DNA of 63,583 bases, filler included, from Octopus bimaculoides (taxonomy: Eukaryota), in assembly GCF_001194135.2 (NCBI RefSeq). It is 7 parts of 7 records of this genome, joined end to end, with 100 filler letters (N's around TTAATTAATTAA, not from the genome) between each part and the next. Parts side by side here need not be neighbours in the genome. Positions count along the whole stretch, not along the records: positions 33,089 to 47,164 come from NC_069010.1; positions 47,265 to 55,312 come from NC_069001.1; 5 more parts are not named here. One strand, written 5' to 3'. The notes beneath the pieces were generated by a model that saw only the letters and a list, made by a program, of their open reading frames with translations, did not search any database and was not told the DNA's origin. Numbering within the stretch: the stretch's first letter is position 1; each line of letters opens with the position of its first letter. Below, piece by piece: positions 36,257-50,354 of this stretch. Position numbers and translations under genes: made by a program.

Positions 36257-36407
36257 GTAGCTTACTTACCAACCACATGGTTCCGAGTTCAGTCCCACTG
36301 CGTGGCACCTTGGGCAAGTGTCTTCTACTATAGCCTAAGGCCGACCAAAGCCTTGTGAGTGGATTTGGTAGATGGAAACTGAAAGAAGCCCATCGTATAT
36401 ATGTATG

Positions 36408-36475
<68 letters not shown>

Positions 36476-36692
36476 TGTGTCTGTGTTTGACCCCCCCAAC
36501 ATCGCTTGACAACAGATGCTGGTGTGTTTACGTCCCTGTAACTTAGTGGTTCACCAAAAGAGACCGATAGAATAAGTACTAGGCTTACAAAGAATAAGTC
36601 CTGGGGTCGATTTGCTCGACTAAAGGCGGTGCTCCAGCATGGCCACAGTCAAATGACTGAAACAAGTAAAAGAGTAAAAGAGAAAAAAAAAA
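36257..36692 (+). mobile_element. SINE family 1, 5'-truncated copy with A-rich tail
   Basis: Begins gtagcttacttaccaaccacatgg, ends gaaacaagtaaaagagtaaaagag(A)n. Confidence 0.88.
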
Positions 36693-38710
36693 CAGGCAGC
36701 AATGCCACCCCTGTATGTTATCGAACTTATTAGTGTCTACAGACCGTATCTCCTCACACAGTTTTTTGTTCGTATTATCGTACATCATTGCATATTTATT
36801 ATTTTTGTTTTCCGGAGGTTGAATGGTTTGTGTCTGAGTGTGCTTGTCTATGTGTCGGAGAGAGTGAGTAGGTTCAGTGTTTGTAGGGAGAGGATGGGAG
36901 GAAGAGGGTGTGGGTGGGTTGCGGTTCCGTGTTTGTTTCACTTGGTCTCTTTCTTTTCCTTTTTCTTATCTTGCTGGTAATTTCCCATTCTCCTTCTTCA
37001 GAATCGTTCTCTTTTTCTTCTGTTTCTGCTGGTGTTGGTATTTCTTCCGCTTTTCTTCCCTCTTTCTCCGTTTCTTTTTCTTTTTTTTTGTTGCTTTTAG
37101 AGGGCAGTTCGCTCTAATGTGGCCTTTCTGGCCACACTTGTTGCAACTAAGGGGCCTACCCTCGACTCTGGTCGCTATTATCACATCCTCCATTGCTAGT
37201 GTCTCGGGTATATTTCTCGACAGCTTCTTTAGAGCCTTGGATGACCATATTTAACGTCTGTCCTTTCCAATGCCTGCTTTCTATAGGGCTTTCCTATAAG
37301 GTGTTATCCACCCCTGATTGGAACTCTCCCGTATGACATGTACGCATGCTCAGTGACTTGCTTTAACAGTTGCAATCAGCTGAATGCACATTGCCAGTGA
37401 CATTTGACATAATTACCCACACTCTGTGGTCAGGATTCTTTTTTTGGTTTGATGTCGGTATCGACGGGATTACCAGACACCGGACAATACAGTGAGAGCA
37501 GCTTTCACTCACATCGTGGTATTCGATGCTGTGTACGTGTCTGTCGTGGTAAAATATGCCACTCCTTAACTGTTGCTTTGCTTTCATCCGTAGCACGAGG
37601 TAATTATGTCATTATCTGTGAAATTCGGCAACTTACAAAGATCTTTAGATCAGGCAATACTTCACCGAGAGGAGATATAAGCTTCTGCTTATTCCTGTCT
37701 GAAGTATTGTCCGATACTTCAGACATATCGTCCGATGAATTTACTTTGTTGACATTCTTCATCGACAAAATTTTTATTCCTTTCAGTCAAGTCCCCCTTT
37801 CTTCCAGTAACATACTGTCCATATAATCTTAAATATTTCTTTAACTCAGGCACAGTAAGTACTTCGATAGCTGAATCATCAAGCTGCTTTATATCCACGA
37901 TAAGACGGAAAACAATAACAATGGCGTGGGTTAGCCTCCGGAAGTTTAATTATCTACATGGAGCGCCGCCTAGCCAAGGGAGATAACCTACTTATAGGAA
38001 AGCCCTATACTCGTAGCCTGGAGACCGCTATCTCCTTCTTGTTATCAAGCAAGACAGCGCCCGCTATCCAGGCTACATCGACTTCTGGTGGGATGCCCGC
38101 CACACTAACTTTTAGGGAACGTCTTCCGTGATACATGCGTATCATCAATATTTCATCACTTTTTAAACATTTGCTGCATCTACCTTTACCCTATCTGCCT
38201 CTTTGAACCTCACTTCAGTTGTTCCCTATTTGGCTCTTCTAGCAATATATTTTATTTCTTCCCAGATTGGCCTTAGTGCCATCTCTACTTGTGTTGTTGC
38301 CATTACATCTATCTTGCATGCAGCTACTGAGTGTGTCTTATAAGTTATTGTGAACTCCTTCCTGTTAGCAATTAATTCTTCTGGAGGACTCAACTCCACA
38401 TTGACTCCCTCTTGTTTTATCATTTTCGTGTAGCTTCTTCACTCCTCCCATCCAACTTGGTGTTCCTTATATCTCGTAATCTCTGCGAAACGACTTTTTT
38501 CACTCCACTTCTCCATCATGTTCCATGAAAAATCTGATGACTCCTTCACTTCCGAAGAGGACAGCTCTCAGTAGCTGATTTCTTCAACCCCTGTCATTTT
38601 TTCCACTTGAAGCACAAAAAACCTGTTCAAAGAACACCACAACAATCCAAACTACAGCAGCAAAAATCATACCTTAGCTCACCAAAATGTTCAACAAAAC
38701 TTCACAACGA
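36693..38710 (-). mobile_element. Tx1/L1-like ORF1 remnant (interrupted at ~37260-37960)
   Basis: AGIPPEVDVAWIAGAV..., RVEGRPLSCNKCGQKGHIRANC, Lys-rich linker, KYAMMYDNTNKKLCEEI; parallels ORF1 at 33931-34558 and 40209-40826. Confidence 0.8.
37320..37850 (-). mobile_element. SWIM zinc-finger-containing DNA transposon ORF remnant
   Basis: ...HRVWVIMSNVTGNVHSADCNC, frameshift, KASH*ACVHV (CxC-x-CxH); superfamily uncertain. Confidence 0.55.
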
Positions 38711-38949
38711 CAAATACTGTTACATAAAGGGAGATAATTAGACTTTGCTGCATTAAATATTACAGGAGAGGAGATACGCATGCGCATTGAATATGGTTCC
38801 TACTTGATGTCGATATCAGGTTAAGTGTCCGCTGCATGAATTTCTCTTAATCAGCTGGTAATACATTTATAATACTTAAAATACATACTACCACACACAC
38901 ACACATAGCAACACTATCCTTTATGAAACATTTCCGTAGATGTTAGCCA

Positions 38950-41900
38950 ATACTATCACTTCGTCTTTTTTGTGCTGGTCGTAAGTTGTTGCAGGACTGT
39001 TTAATTGTTGAATTGCTGCTATTATTTTGTTGTGTGTGTTTTATAAAATACCTTGTTATCTGCGTTTGGCAGACTTTGTGAACGTTCTTCCACTCTGTGA
39101 AGCGGGGGGGGGGGGATTATTTTATATTTTATTTGCGTCAACTGTGGGATTGATCCCGAAATAATGTATTACTCTTCTGTAGAAGAGAAACTGACGAATG
39201 TTCTCGGTTGAGGAGAATAATGTAAACAAGGAAACAATGTCCGTTCCTGAACCAAAGCCTGATGTGAAACATGCCGCCTACCGTAGAACAACTCAGTGAA
39301 CAAACAAAGAAAATTAACTGTAATTCAGAAACAAAATTTAAATATATTGGGTTGGCAACTAAGTTCCCACCGTTTTTTTTTTTTTTAATTTTGGAATTTA
39401 TTGCGTTTTTAAATTTTGGAATCCATTTTTTTTTTTTCGAGAATTCTATTTTTGAATCGTTTTGGAATTTATTTTTGTTTCTTTCCTTGTTAATTTTAGT
39501 TAATTTTTGTTTATTTTCAGATCATTAAAATGGAATGTCAAGTTAAGAAAAACAAGCATTTTTGACACCTCCTTCTTTTAGCTTTTGATCAATGCTCTAA
39601 GGCCGCAAAAGCGTGAAACAAGATCTTCATCTACGTAAAACAATGTTGTGCGTATGGTGAGACTGGATAGGGATTATCCATTACGAATTGCTTGAACGGA
39701 ACCAAACGGTCAACGTGGAACTCTATGTTCAGCAGATGGAACGACTCAACACGGCTGTTCAAGAGAAAAGACCTAATCAGCAGCATGGAGTTCTTCTACT
39801 GCACGACAACGCCCACCCTCATATCACCAATATGACCAAGGAAGCCATTCAAACGGATGGCTGGGAAGTGCTACCACACCCGCCGTACTCTCCTGATTTG
39901 GCACCGATGGATTTCCACCTCTTTCGATTTCTTTCAAATGCTATGCGCAGAGTTTCCTTCGATACCGATGCAGAATTGAGAACTTCGTTGGATCATTTTT
40001 CGAGTTGAAATCGGGTGATTTCTACCAACGAGGTATTGAAAATCTTGTTGAACGTTGGTAAGAAGTTGTAAACAACAAGGGTGAATACATTATTGATTAA
40101 TTAGTTGTTATTTTTTTATTAAACCTTTTAAAAAATTTAAATTTAAAAAAACAGCGGGAACTTAGCTGCCAACTTAATAGAATCAGCAATGTTGATACAA
40201 CACCAAAAATGTTCAAAGGGGAGGGGAACCATACAAAAGCAACCTTTCCTGGTAATTTGATAGATAATACAGCCAGGAAAATAATTGTTTTTAAAAGCCT
40301 CATCATTAATGACAAAAAGCATGACAAGGCGTCAAAGGAGGAAACAGAAAAGTGTCTACAGCCTATTCGGCAAGACATTGAATTCATCACAAGAAGATTT
40401 GCAACAATTATTGTGTACTTCAAGAGTGAAGAAAAGGCAAAGGTACACTCAGTGAAACTGCTCAAAACCACGGATATAGGCAGGCACACTTCAAGAATCA
40501 CCATAGAGGATATTCCACCTGAAATTGATGTTACTTGGTTATGTGTGGACCTTACAATGTGTTTAGATGATGAAATAACTATTTTAGAAGCATCCAAAAT
40601 ACACCAGCAGAGTTGGAAGGGACAAGGTGTTGAAATTATTATTCAAGCGACACCAAAAACACTCGAGGAGATTGCAGAAAACATTATCCTTGGGGAAGAG
40701 ACAACGCTTCGTGTAATGGTCGAGGGTAGGAGACCTCGATGCTTTGAGTGTGGTGAAAAAGGCCACATTCGACCCAGTTGTCCTACCCACACGGCTGAAG
40801 CAACAACCAAGAGGGTCGAGTCTTAAATACAGGAAGAAAACCAGCCACCGGAAGTCGACACCCAACCATCCCGGAACGAGATAATGGATGACGACCGGAC
40901 TGTGGTGAAAAGAAGAAAGTGTCCAAAAGAAAGAACAATAACCCCAGCCCTCCACCTCCAGCACAAACAAAAAACTCCCTCCCGCACAGATACACATAAC
41001 ACACATGATGACCCCACTCCCAATCCTGAGACCCATAAAATAATAACGAATTCCCCCTATCCTTCCACCACCTAATTCTGAAAAGATATCCACCCCTTCC
41101 AGCCCCGAAAAAGTACCCCACTACTTCACAACTAAACCCGATATAAACTTGGCTGCAATCAATGCAAAAAAGGACAGTCTAATTGCAAAACTTAAAAACA
41201 TACCGATGGCCAGCAATATAAAGGACATTACATAACCCTACCTGAAGGGATATTAATATATATGATGGACAGGATGAACTACAACATGCTAATTTCCCAA
41301 TTCCCCAATGACTTGGGCCCTCTAAGAAGGGACTTTAATGTGTCCATGTATGAGGGCCTAGTCATTGAAAGGAACAAAAGGTTCCATGCAAGACACAGAA
41401 GAGAAGGGAGTATAATCCCTTCTCCAACATAAGGTAAGCCATTTTATGGATACACTTACAATAGATTGTTTAAATGTGCAGGGTCTGGGATCGGATAGGA
41501 AACAAGATCGCTTCCTAAATGATATCAGTTCATATCAACTGGACATGGTAGTGGCCACGGAAGCCAGGCTGAGTGGGTCACGTAGCTGCTCAGGGTGGGG
41601 GAAAAAAGCCCGAGAAATTCATTTCTCCATACCGACCAGGGGCATGGGGTGATGTGGTTCTACTGAAGAAAAACCTAGTTTCTGAGACAAGAACAATATT
41701 TATCGACCTGGAAGGCAGGCTGGTCGTTCTTGATGTGACGGTCAGCAGAGGTAAGACTTTCAGATTGGTTGGTGTCTATGCCCCCTGTGGAGCTGGACAA
41801 TCTGATTCTTTGAGAAACCTAGAGAATTCTTTAGGCACGCATAGATTGTGTTGGCTCGAATCCAAATAGAAAGGGAAACCCATGCCTCACCGATCTGCTC

Positions 41901-44900
41901 ACTCGTTTTCAGCTGGCAGACCGGTGCAGACTAGAATTCCTGAACGCTCCAGAGTGGACATAGACAAATAGTGACGTGTCTTCTAGATCTTATCTAGACA
42001 TCATTTTAGTCAGACGTAAGGATAAGAACATAGTTAGTTGTTCTCAGTTTCATTATATCAGCTACAGTGACTACAAACTTGTGTCCTGTACGCTTGTCGT
42101 AGGTTATGTAAACGAGGTCCTGGTTACTGGAAACTCAATAGGTCTCTTTTGACTGACAAGGAGTACAGGAACCAGATTAGTGAGTCAGTGAAGAGGTCTC
42201 TGACAGGCACCATTATTAAGAACAAATTGTGAAGAGCCCTCAAAAGAGCCGTTCAAATCGAGTCAATTAGATATAGTAGAGAACTAGCAGAAAGAATAAA
42301 AAGAGTAGAAATGGACTTTAGAAAAGGCTTTAGATGAGGCACTGGAAAGTGGCATTGCATCCCAAGTGATGGCTGCGAGATTGGAGCTCAACCAAAACTT
42401 GGCTGCTAAACATGACGAATGCATTGTCAGGGCTAAGCTACATGCAATGGGTCGAGAGGGGATTTGCNNNNNNNNNNNNNNNNNNNNNNNNNNNNNNNNN
42501 NNNNNNNNNNNNNNNNNNNNNNNNNNNNNNNNNNNNNNNNNNNNNNNNNNNNNNNNNNNNNNNNNNNNNNNNNNNNNNNNNNNNNNNNNNNNNNNNNNNN
42601 NNNNNNNNNNNNNNNNNNNNNNNNNNNNNNNNNNNNNNNNNNNNNNNNNNNNNNNNNNNNNNNNNNNNNNNNNNNNNNNNNNNNNNNNNNNNNNNNNNNN
42701 NNNNNNNNNNNNNNNNNNNNNNNNNNNNNNNNNNNNNNNNNNNNNNNNNNNNNNNNNNNNNNNNNNNNNNNNNNNNNNNNNNNNNNNNNNNNNNNNNNNN
42801 NNNNNNNNNNNNNNNNNNNNNNNNNNNNNNNNNNNNNNNNNNNNNNNNNNNNNNNNNNNNNNNNNNNNNNNNNNNNNNNNNNNNNNNNNNNNNNNNNNNN
42901 NNNNNNNNNNNNNNNNNNNNNNNNNNNNNNNNNNNACAAGGAGGATATCATAGATAACTTCCGGCCCATCCCTCTGCTTTACGTAGAGCTGAAGATTCTG
43001 ACCAAGGTATTAGCGAAGATTGGCGCGGATCGTGGATGGACTGGTAGAGGAGGCACAAACCTATTCCGTTCCAGGCAGTTCCATACATGAGAATCTCAAT
43101 CTTATACGCTATATGTTAGAGTGGGTTAATAGGGTTCCTGGCAAAGGTCGGGCACTGATACATTTAGACCAGGCTAAAGCATTCGATAGGGTTGACCATC
43201 TGTATCTGGTGACGATCCTTGGGGTAGTCGGGCTGGACGGTAGTCGGGCTGGGCGGTAGTTGGGCTGGGCGGTAGTCGAGCTGGGCTGTAGTCGGGCTGA
43301 GCTGTAGTCGAGCTGGGCCCGATCTTTCATGGTTGGATCATATCTTTGTACAGTAACATTGACTTGAACGTTTGAGTGAACGGTCTCTTCTCGAAACCGT
43401 TCTCTATCAAGCGCTCTGTTCGTCAAGGATGTCCGCTCTTCCCCCTTCTGTATGTGCTGGCTCTCGAGCAATTATTGCGCAGGTGAGAGGGTTTGAGTGT
43501 CGGCCCACGAGATCTAGGTTATGGAAGATCAGTNNNNNNNNNNCGTACATCGATGACATCTCCATCATCGTATCTGAAGCGAAACACCTACAAAGGGTAG
43601 GTGAAGCTGTTAAAGAATATGAGGCGGCGGCAGGAGCAATAATTAACCATGATAAGTCGGTCGGCTTGCAGCTCGGCACCTGAAGAACAAAGTCGATGCC
43701 GTCCAACAGCGTCTTGGGATGTTGGACAGACGTTCCGGTGAAAATGCTCGGGGCTGGTTTGGGCCAGACCTACAGTTGAAAATGGATGGGAGGGAGGTCA
43801 CGAGCAGGGTGACCCGTCTAATCCAGACCTGGTCTGGGTGATGGCTATCCCTGAAAGGGAGGACAAAATTCGCAAATGTGTTCAGCGCATATGCGATCAC
43901 ATACTGCCTGACCATCGTGCCTTGTCCCAATTCGTTGCTAATCAAGATGGAAAGACTGCTCTTCCGCTTTTTGTGGAAGGGCAAAGGACTTCTTGTAAGG
44001 CGCTCTATCTGTTGCCAACAACCGCTAAAGGGTAGCACAGGGATGCTGTGGCTAATGATGCGCAGGCACGCGTTGAGGCTAAGGCATCTCTGGCTTTACC
44101 TGGATGGTCAACGGGTGTGGTCTCCATTCGTCAAACTGTTGCTTCCTAGGTTCACTAGATTTAGTGAACTAGAACCATGGATCAGACGTAGAGCAAAGCT
44201 GGGTGTTTTGCAGGCCGAGTGTCGCAAGGCTCTTCTTGCTCTTATGCTGGTAGCATGGGTTCCTCCTCGTCCTTTTATAGCGAGTTAGTAGAGGCCAAGT
44301 GTGACGATGCGCTGGGGGAAAACCCTGGGCTTCGACGAAGGTCAACCAGCCAGCATGCTCCAAAGGACATTCTGGCCAGGACCCCTGGATAACTTCCAGA
44401 GGTCCCTCGCCAGGCATTGTTACCGAGGAACCTTACCTGTTCTAGATAAACTGGCAAGGCATGGTGCCTCATGCTCGTTCAACTGCCCGTGCCGCACGCA
44501 TTCTTAGAGTGTTCGGGGATTTTAGAGCTGCTGGTTTTCGTAGAACAGCTGGTGTCATGCCTTGGAAGAGTACAGCTGTCGTCCGAGTCAGTTATAAATA
44601 TTGTTGCACTGCCCGCTCTGAACAGAGAAGGTAAGGTTTGTTTTCTCATTGTGGAAACTGTAGCAAAAGAGGCTGTATGGAGGACAAGAATGAAAGGGAT
44701 GATGACAGGTATCTTCATTTCTGGCCAAAGTTTGGTAAACTGGTTTGTCTTCCTTCTACGAAGGATGATTAGGCTAAAAAAGAGATACCTGTCATCGGAC
44801 ATGTTTGATAAAAGATGGAAGCAAGTGGTATGCTTGTTGGGTATGGAAGTTCCTACGTAAGTGAATCCATAAAAAGGTTAATAAGAATCGGCTTAGTGAA

Positions 44901-45088
44901 GAAGAGTGTCTTGCAGAGTTGTGACTGTTCCCCCACTCAATGGTACCGTGTTTCTGTTTGTCCCCTCATTCGCTATATGATTTCATTATTTTTTAAATGC
45001 ATCTTTGTGTAAATCCATTCGTTAACCTGAAGCTGTTTCCATCTTGTATTGTCCCCTCTTTGTTTGGGCCTTGTGCCTTGAAATAAAA
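38950..45088 (+). mobile_element. Near full-length degenerate Tx1/L1-like LINE
   Basis: 5'UTR; ORF1 (RVMVEGRRPRCFECGEKGHIRPSC); ORF2 from 41446 with EN (CLNVQGL), RT (NFRPIPLL, DQAKAFDRVDH, YIDD) and Cys-rich C-terminus (HAFLEC); 3'UTR ending AATAAA; many stops and frameshifts. Confidence 0.92.
39347..40177 (+). mobile_element. Internally deleted mariner nested in the LINE ORF1
   Basis: TIRs ttgggttggcaactaagttccc / gggaacttagctgccaacttaa, TA on both sides; LLLHDNAHPH...HPPYSPDLAPMDFHLF (D,D34D-type). Confidence 0.93.
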
Positions 45089-45887
45089 TTCCGTTAGTAG
45101 TAAACAATGAAAATATTTAATGTCTTTAATTATGGAGACTTTCAGTTTTTGGAGCCCCAACTCTTTGTGTTTTTTCTCTCTTTTATGAATAAAAGATGTC
45201 CTTCATTTGTGTGGGATTAGGCTGCTATTTCTAGCTACGAAAGAGGTATTCTATGATTTGGTTGATATTTGTATCCATGTATATTATTTGTTCGATATTT
45301 GACTGCTATATCTAGGTATGGAAGCTACCTTTTGCACCCTCCGTTGTTGCCTGGTTAGTTTGTTGTGTGAGAAATATTCTTAAATACGCTCCAACCACTG
45401 AAATGTTTGGAAACCAAAACTTTATTTTAATTTATCGATTGTTTCTTGCAATTACTACCGATGTGTATACAACTAATTTGTAATTTATTTCCTCATTACT
45501 TTCTAAAAATAAAATTTTCTAAAAGTACGTTACAGGTGGTGTAGAGAAGGGTTATGTAGGAATTTGTTCTGGAAAGAAAAATACAATTGAATGGAGGTTA
45601 TGGATAATCTATACACATCAACTTTATTTCTTCGTACTTGTAGATTTATAATTTTGCTGAAAAATAATGCAGAGTGTCGGATTTGCTCATCCACATAAGT
45701 TGGATATTATTCGTTTTGAGTGAGGAGGTTGTTTTGAAATTATCTCCATCACACGTTTGGAAACTTGACAAACCTCAACAAAAAATACTTTCAAACATGG
45801 CATTTTTCAGTTTCATTACTCTGAAAGCGCTTTGCAGTGAAGGGTAGTGAAATTTTGAGTGGATATATCTGGTTTTCAGTCAAAGGG

Positions 45888-45928
<41 letters not shown>

Positions 45929-45969
45929 ATACTACTACAATTACTATTAATAATAATGTGCAGCAGATA

Positions 45970-46375
45970 ATATTCTGCTCAATACCACAAATTTGCTTAC
46001 CAGTTGCTTGACCTTAACCAGCTGACCGCAAGCAGAAGTAGTGGGGAGCATCATAGCCACGTGTTGAGAGGGGTTCTTTGGAGTTTGAAGCATTCACCTC
46101 TGGAAATGTGTGTTTCATTTATCATCCTTAAAAAACCCTTATTCAAGGACTCTTTGAGCAGTCTGTGCTACTCAACCCAAAGAAAATTCGAACTGGGCCC
46201 CCACCTGCAAAGTCATGCACTTTTTATTTTGATATGAAGTCACCATGCCATGCACATATGGTTGTTATTTTTGTGCTTGGCGTGGCCTTAGTAGTAGTCA
46301 TGATGGGTATATTGGGCTTTGCATATTTGTACCCCAGTGTCATTTTGATGACATGCACTGATTTCTCACTCGATA
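45970..46375 (+). repeat. Third copy of the 6430-7365 repeat
   Basis: aatattctgctcaataccaca...gaccttaaccag...cccttattca...ctcgataat. Confidence 0.75.
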
Positions 46376-46693
46376 ATATTTTTCTTTTCGGAATGCTGAA
46401 TGGAAAAGTATGTTTGGTTCCAGTGACACAGACAAAATCATTGTCAAGTTCTCCAAAGTCTAAAGCAAACATCAAATGGGATAGTGGTTCAGAAGCAAGA
46501 GCTTTTTAACAAATCCTGTTATCACATCAACAGTGTTTTCATAGACTTCAACTGAGAGAAACAATCTGCAAGGATAAATTCCTGAAAATCATCTTTTCAG
46601 AGTATTATGGGTTTAGTGTTACTGATTCATGTAACTGGATCATGTCTTCAACTTAGTTAATCTGCAATTTGAAGTATTGCCTCTATCTCTCAT

Positions 46694-46734
<41 letters not shown>

Positions 46735-46954
46735 ATCTATCTATCTATCTACTCTCTTGCCAACCACTCTCTCTCATCCAATACAGAGATATATATTATG
46801 CAGATTTCCATGCAGTTGAAATCTAAGCGACCTGATTAGTAAGATCATTTTGTAAGGAGGATATAAACCAGTAAAAGTCAGGGGATGCAATGGCTGTAAT
46901 TCTAAAGATGATAAGTGGTTAAATGAATATATTCACATCTCATATCTTTTGAAA

Positions 46955-47140
46955 AGCACTGGTGCTGGTGCCACATAAAAAGCACTCAGTACACTGTAAA
47001 GTAGTTGGCATTAGGAAGGGCAGCCATCTGTCGAAAGGAAACCAAAGCAGACACTGGACTCTGGTGTGGCTCTTGGCCTTGCGAGCTCCTATCAAAACAT
47101 CCAACCGATGCCATCATGGAAATTGAATGTTAAATGATGA
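46955..47140 (+). mobile_element. RTE-type 3' end
   Basis: gttggcattaggaagggcagcc...atccaaccgatgccatcatggaaa...gttaaatgatgat. Confidence 0.65.
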
Positions 47141-47304
47141 TAATATATGTATATATATATATATNNNNNNNNNNNNNNNNNNNNNNNNNNNNNNNNNNNN
47201 NNNNNNNNTTAATTAATTAANNNNNNNNNNNNNNNNNNNNNNNNNNNNNNNNNNNNNNNNNNNNATATATATATATTATATATATGTATATATTTACATA
47301 TATG

Positions 47305-47336
<32 letters not shown>

Positions 47337-47360
47337 GTATATATTTACATATATGTATAT

Positions 47361-47412
<52 letters not shown>

Positions 47413-48038
47413 CACATTTGTACAGACACACACACACTCACATATGTGCACCAACATAAATGTATATGTATGCTATACTTAACACGCATATGATATTTCG
47501 ATGTGCATTAAAGCAAAAGAAAAAAATAAGACATATATATGCTTCTTTTAAATAATAAATCAAATATCCAAGCTCCGTCATTATATTACAGCTTGACATC
47601 TGACACGAATACAATTTCAAGTATATATAAACGCACTGTATTTTTATTTTTTGCCAGAATCGCAGTAAATCTTCTAGTTTTGCCAATATAATTAAATTTT
47701 GAAGGAAAAAAGTTGCCGCTTTCTATGTCAACAGGAGAGAGAGGATTTAAAACAGTGATATAATGTGATATAAAACAAGTCATATATAAAAGTTTATTTC
47801 CCATACGATACTCAATTATATAATTCATAGGGATATTTTTTCATGCGTGTAATAGATTATTTTTTTTCTCTTATATATCATACGATTTATTGTTAGAAAA
47901 TAAGAAATTCGTATTATATGAGCGACAGAAATTCACTGACAAAAACTCATTCCCACTGGAAATAATATAACGTGTGTCCACAAAAGTGTTCCAAACACAC
48001 TCGTATGATATGTGCGTTTATGTATGTGTATGTTTGTG

Positions 48039-48120
<82 letters not shown>

Positions 48121-48179
48121 TATATANNNNNNNNNNCACACTCGTATGATATGTGCGTTTATGTATGTGTATGTTTGTG

Positions 48180-48211
<32 letters not shown>

Positions 48212-48384
48212 TATACACAATGTTTGTGTATGTGTATTTCTGTCCATGTGTGTCTGTGTGTGCGTCCGTCTGTTGACTGTTCATAAATACATAAATGTTT
48301 TCCTAAAACATGTAATAAAACGATCGTGAAATTTTGCTCAAACACCAAGTGAGTTACTATCTTTTCATGTATGTATGTAAGTTT

Positions 48385-48740
48385 TTGTCTTGGTTGTGTG
48401 GTAAGTAACTTGCTTACCAACTAAATGATTCAAAGTTCAATCCCAAAAGATGTGGCACCTTGGGCAAGAGTTATCTTCTATACCCTCGAGTTAACCAAAT
48501 CTTGTGATTGGGTATGGTAGACGTGCGTGTTCGTGGGTGTGTGTGTGTGTGTGTGTTTCTGTGTCTGCGTTTGTCACCCACATCGCTTGACAACCGATGT
48601 TGGTGTGTTTACGTCCCTGTAACTTAGCGGTTCGGCAATAGTGGTAGATAGAATGAGTACTAGGCTTATAAAGAATAAGTTCTGGGGTCGATCTCTTCGA
48701 CTAAAGGCGGTGCTCCACTATGGCCGCAGTCAAATAAAAG
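48385..48740 (+). mobile_element. SINE family 1 copy
   Basis: gtgtggtaagtaacttgcttaccaac...gtaacttagcggttcggcaa...cgactaaaggcggtgctcc. Confidence 0.85.
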
Positions 48741-48782
48741 AACAATATGTGCGTGTGCATGTGTGTGTGTGTCTCTGTGCAC

Positions 48783-48815
<33 letters not shown>

Positions 48816-49187
48816 CGTTCGAAGTTAAACATGCGCTCATGTGTACACTGATTTTGGCTTTCTATCTACAAGAAACGATTTTATCCATTGCAATATTGCT
48901 GTGGAGGTCTCAACGTAACCTAGAAATCTACAAGATGGCTGCTGTAAATATGAGTTACAGTTTATTCTCTTCTCTATTATTCCTTTCAGGCAGCGGCCGG
49001 CACCCATGCTGGGTCACAGCTTTGATGGGTTCTAGTCGAACCATTTCACCCGGCCCAGTTACCTTCTGTGATCTGGTACTTAATATGTCGCCTTCTTCTG
49101 CTAAGTTAAGAGACATAGGCAACCCCAAACCAGTTGTTGGGGATAAACACAATCACTTCAGCAAATACACACACATACACACACTTG

Positions 49188-49222
<35 letters not shown>

Positions 49223-50354
49223 CTCTACCTCTGGTATTTGAGTACTCTTTTATTACACCGGAGTAAGCACATTTATGTGCTTACTCCGGTATATACATAC
49301 TTATATATATATAGTATGTGTGTGTATATATCTATATATATATATATATATATATGTGTGTACATATACATATATATATATATATATGCGTGTGTGTGTG
49401 TGTATTTATACATGTATGTATGTAATGTATGTATGTGTACATATACATACATGTACATGTGTGTATATACACACACAGACAGACTCGCATGTATATACAT
49501 ATATTTTTTTTTTTATATTTCATATATTGCTACAGATGTATTTGTAGTTAAAGTCTAAAAGTCTAAACATGAGACGAAACATCTGTGTGTTTGTATGAAA
49601 GCCGGTTAAAATGGCGAGTAAATTGCAAATACAAACTTAATAAAACATCATACAGCAGGGGGGAAAAAAATAAAACAAACTCGTCTGGATAAATGAACGA
49701 ATAATAGACAATTATTAATTTCAGTACTTTCCAATATCAATAGTTATTGCTATATAGGTTTCCTGTGTTTTATCCGTATTTCATTTATTTTAAAGGCATT
49801 ATGTATTTAAAAACAGATTGTCTATCACCCGCTAGTTCTTCCTGTGTCTTTTTACGTCGTATAGTCACGTAACGTAATATAAACGCTGCTTTTCATTGTT
49901 GCTGATGTTGTCTATATTTATATAATTTATGTCTGTTATATTATTTCTTCTGTGTCATCGTGTCAATATATACACATGTATTCTAATACATATGTCTGTG
50001 TGTGCTTATCTATGCACGTATGTATTCATGTATGTATGTATATATATATATATATGTGTGTGTATGTATGTGTGTATCTATGTATGCATGTAAGTTTATA
50101 TATATATATATATGTGTGTGTGTGTCTGTATATGTGTGTCTGATTGTATATAATTAGTTTCACGCATTAACGTATCAATTTACATTGCAATATTTTCTAT
50201 CATTCTTTTTAAGTCTCTCAAATTTTTCTTTTCAATTTACTTTTTTGTATGTTTTGACGTTATGAATGTTGCATTTATCTTGTCTGATTACTCTGAACTG
50301 ATATTTTTTCACCTCTCACTATCCCCCTCACGTAATCGAACACACAAGACTACT

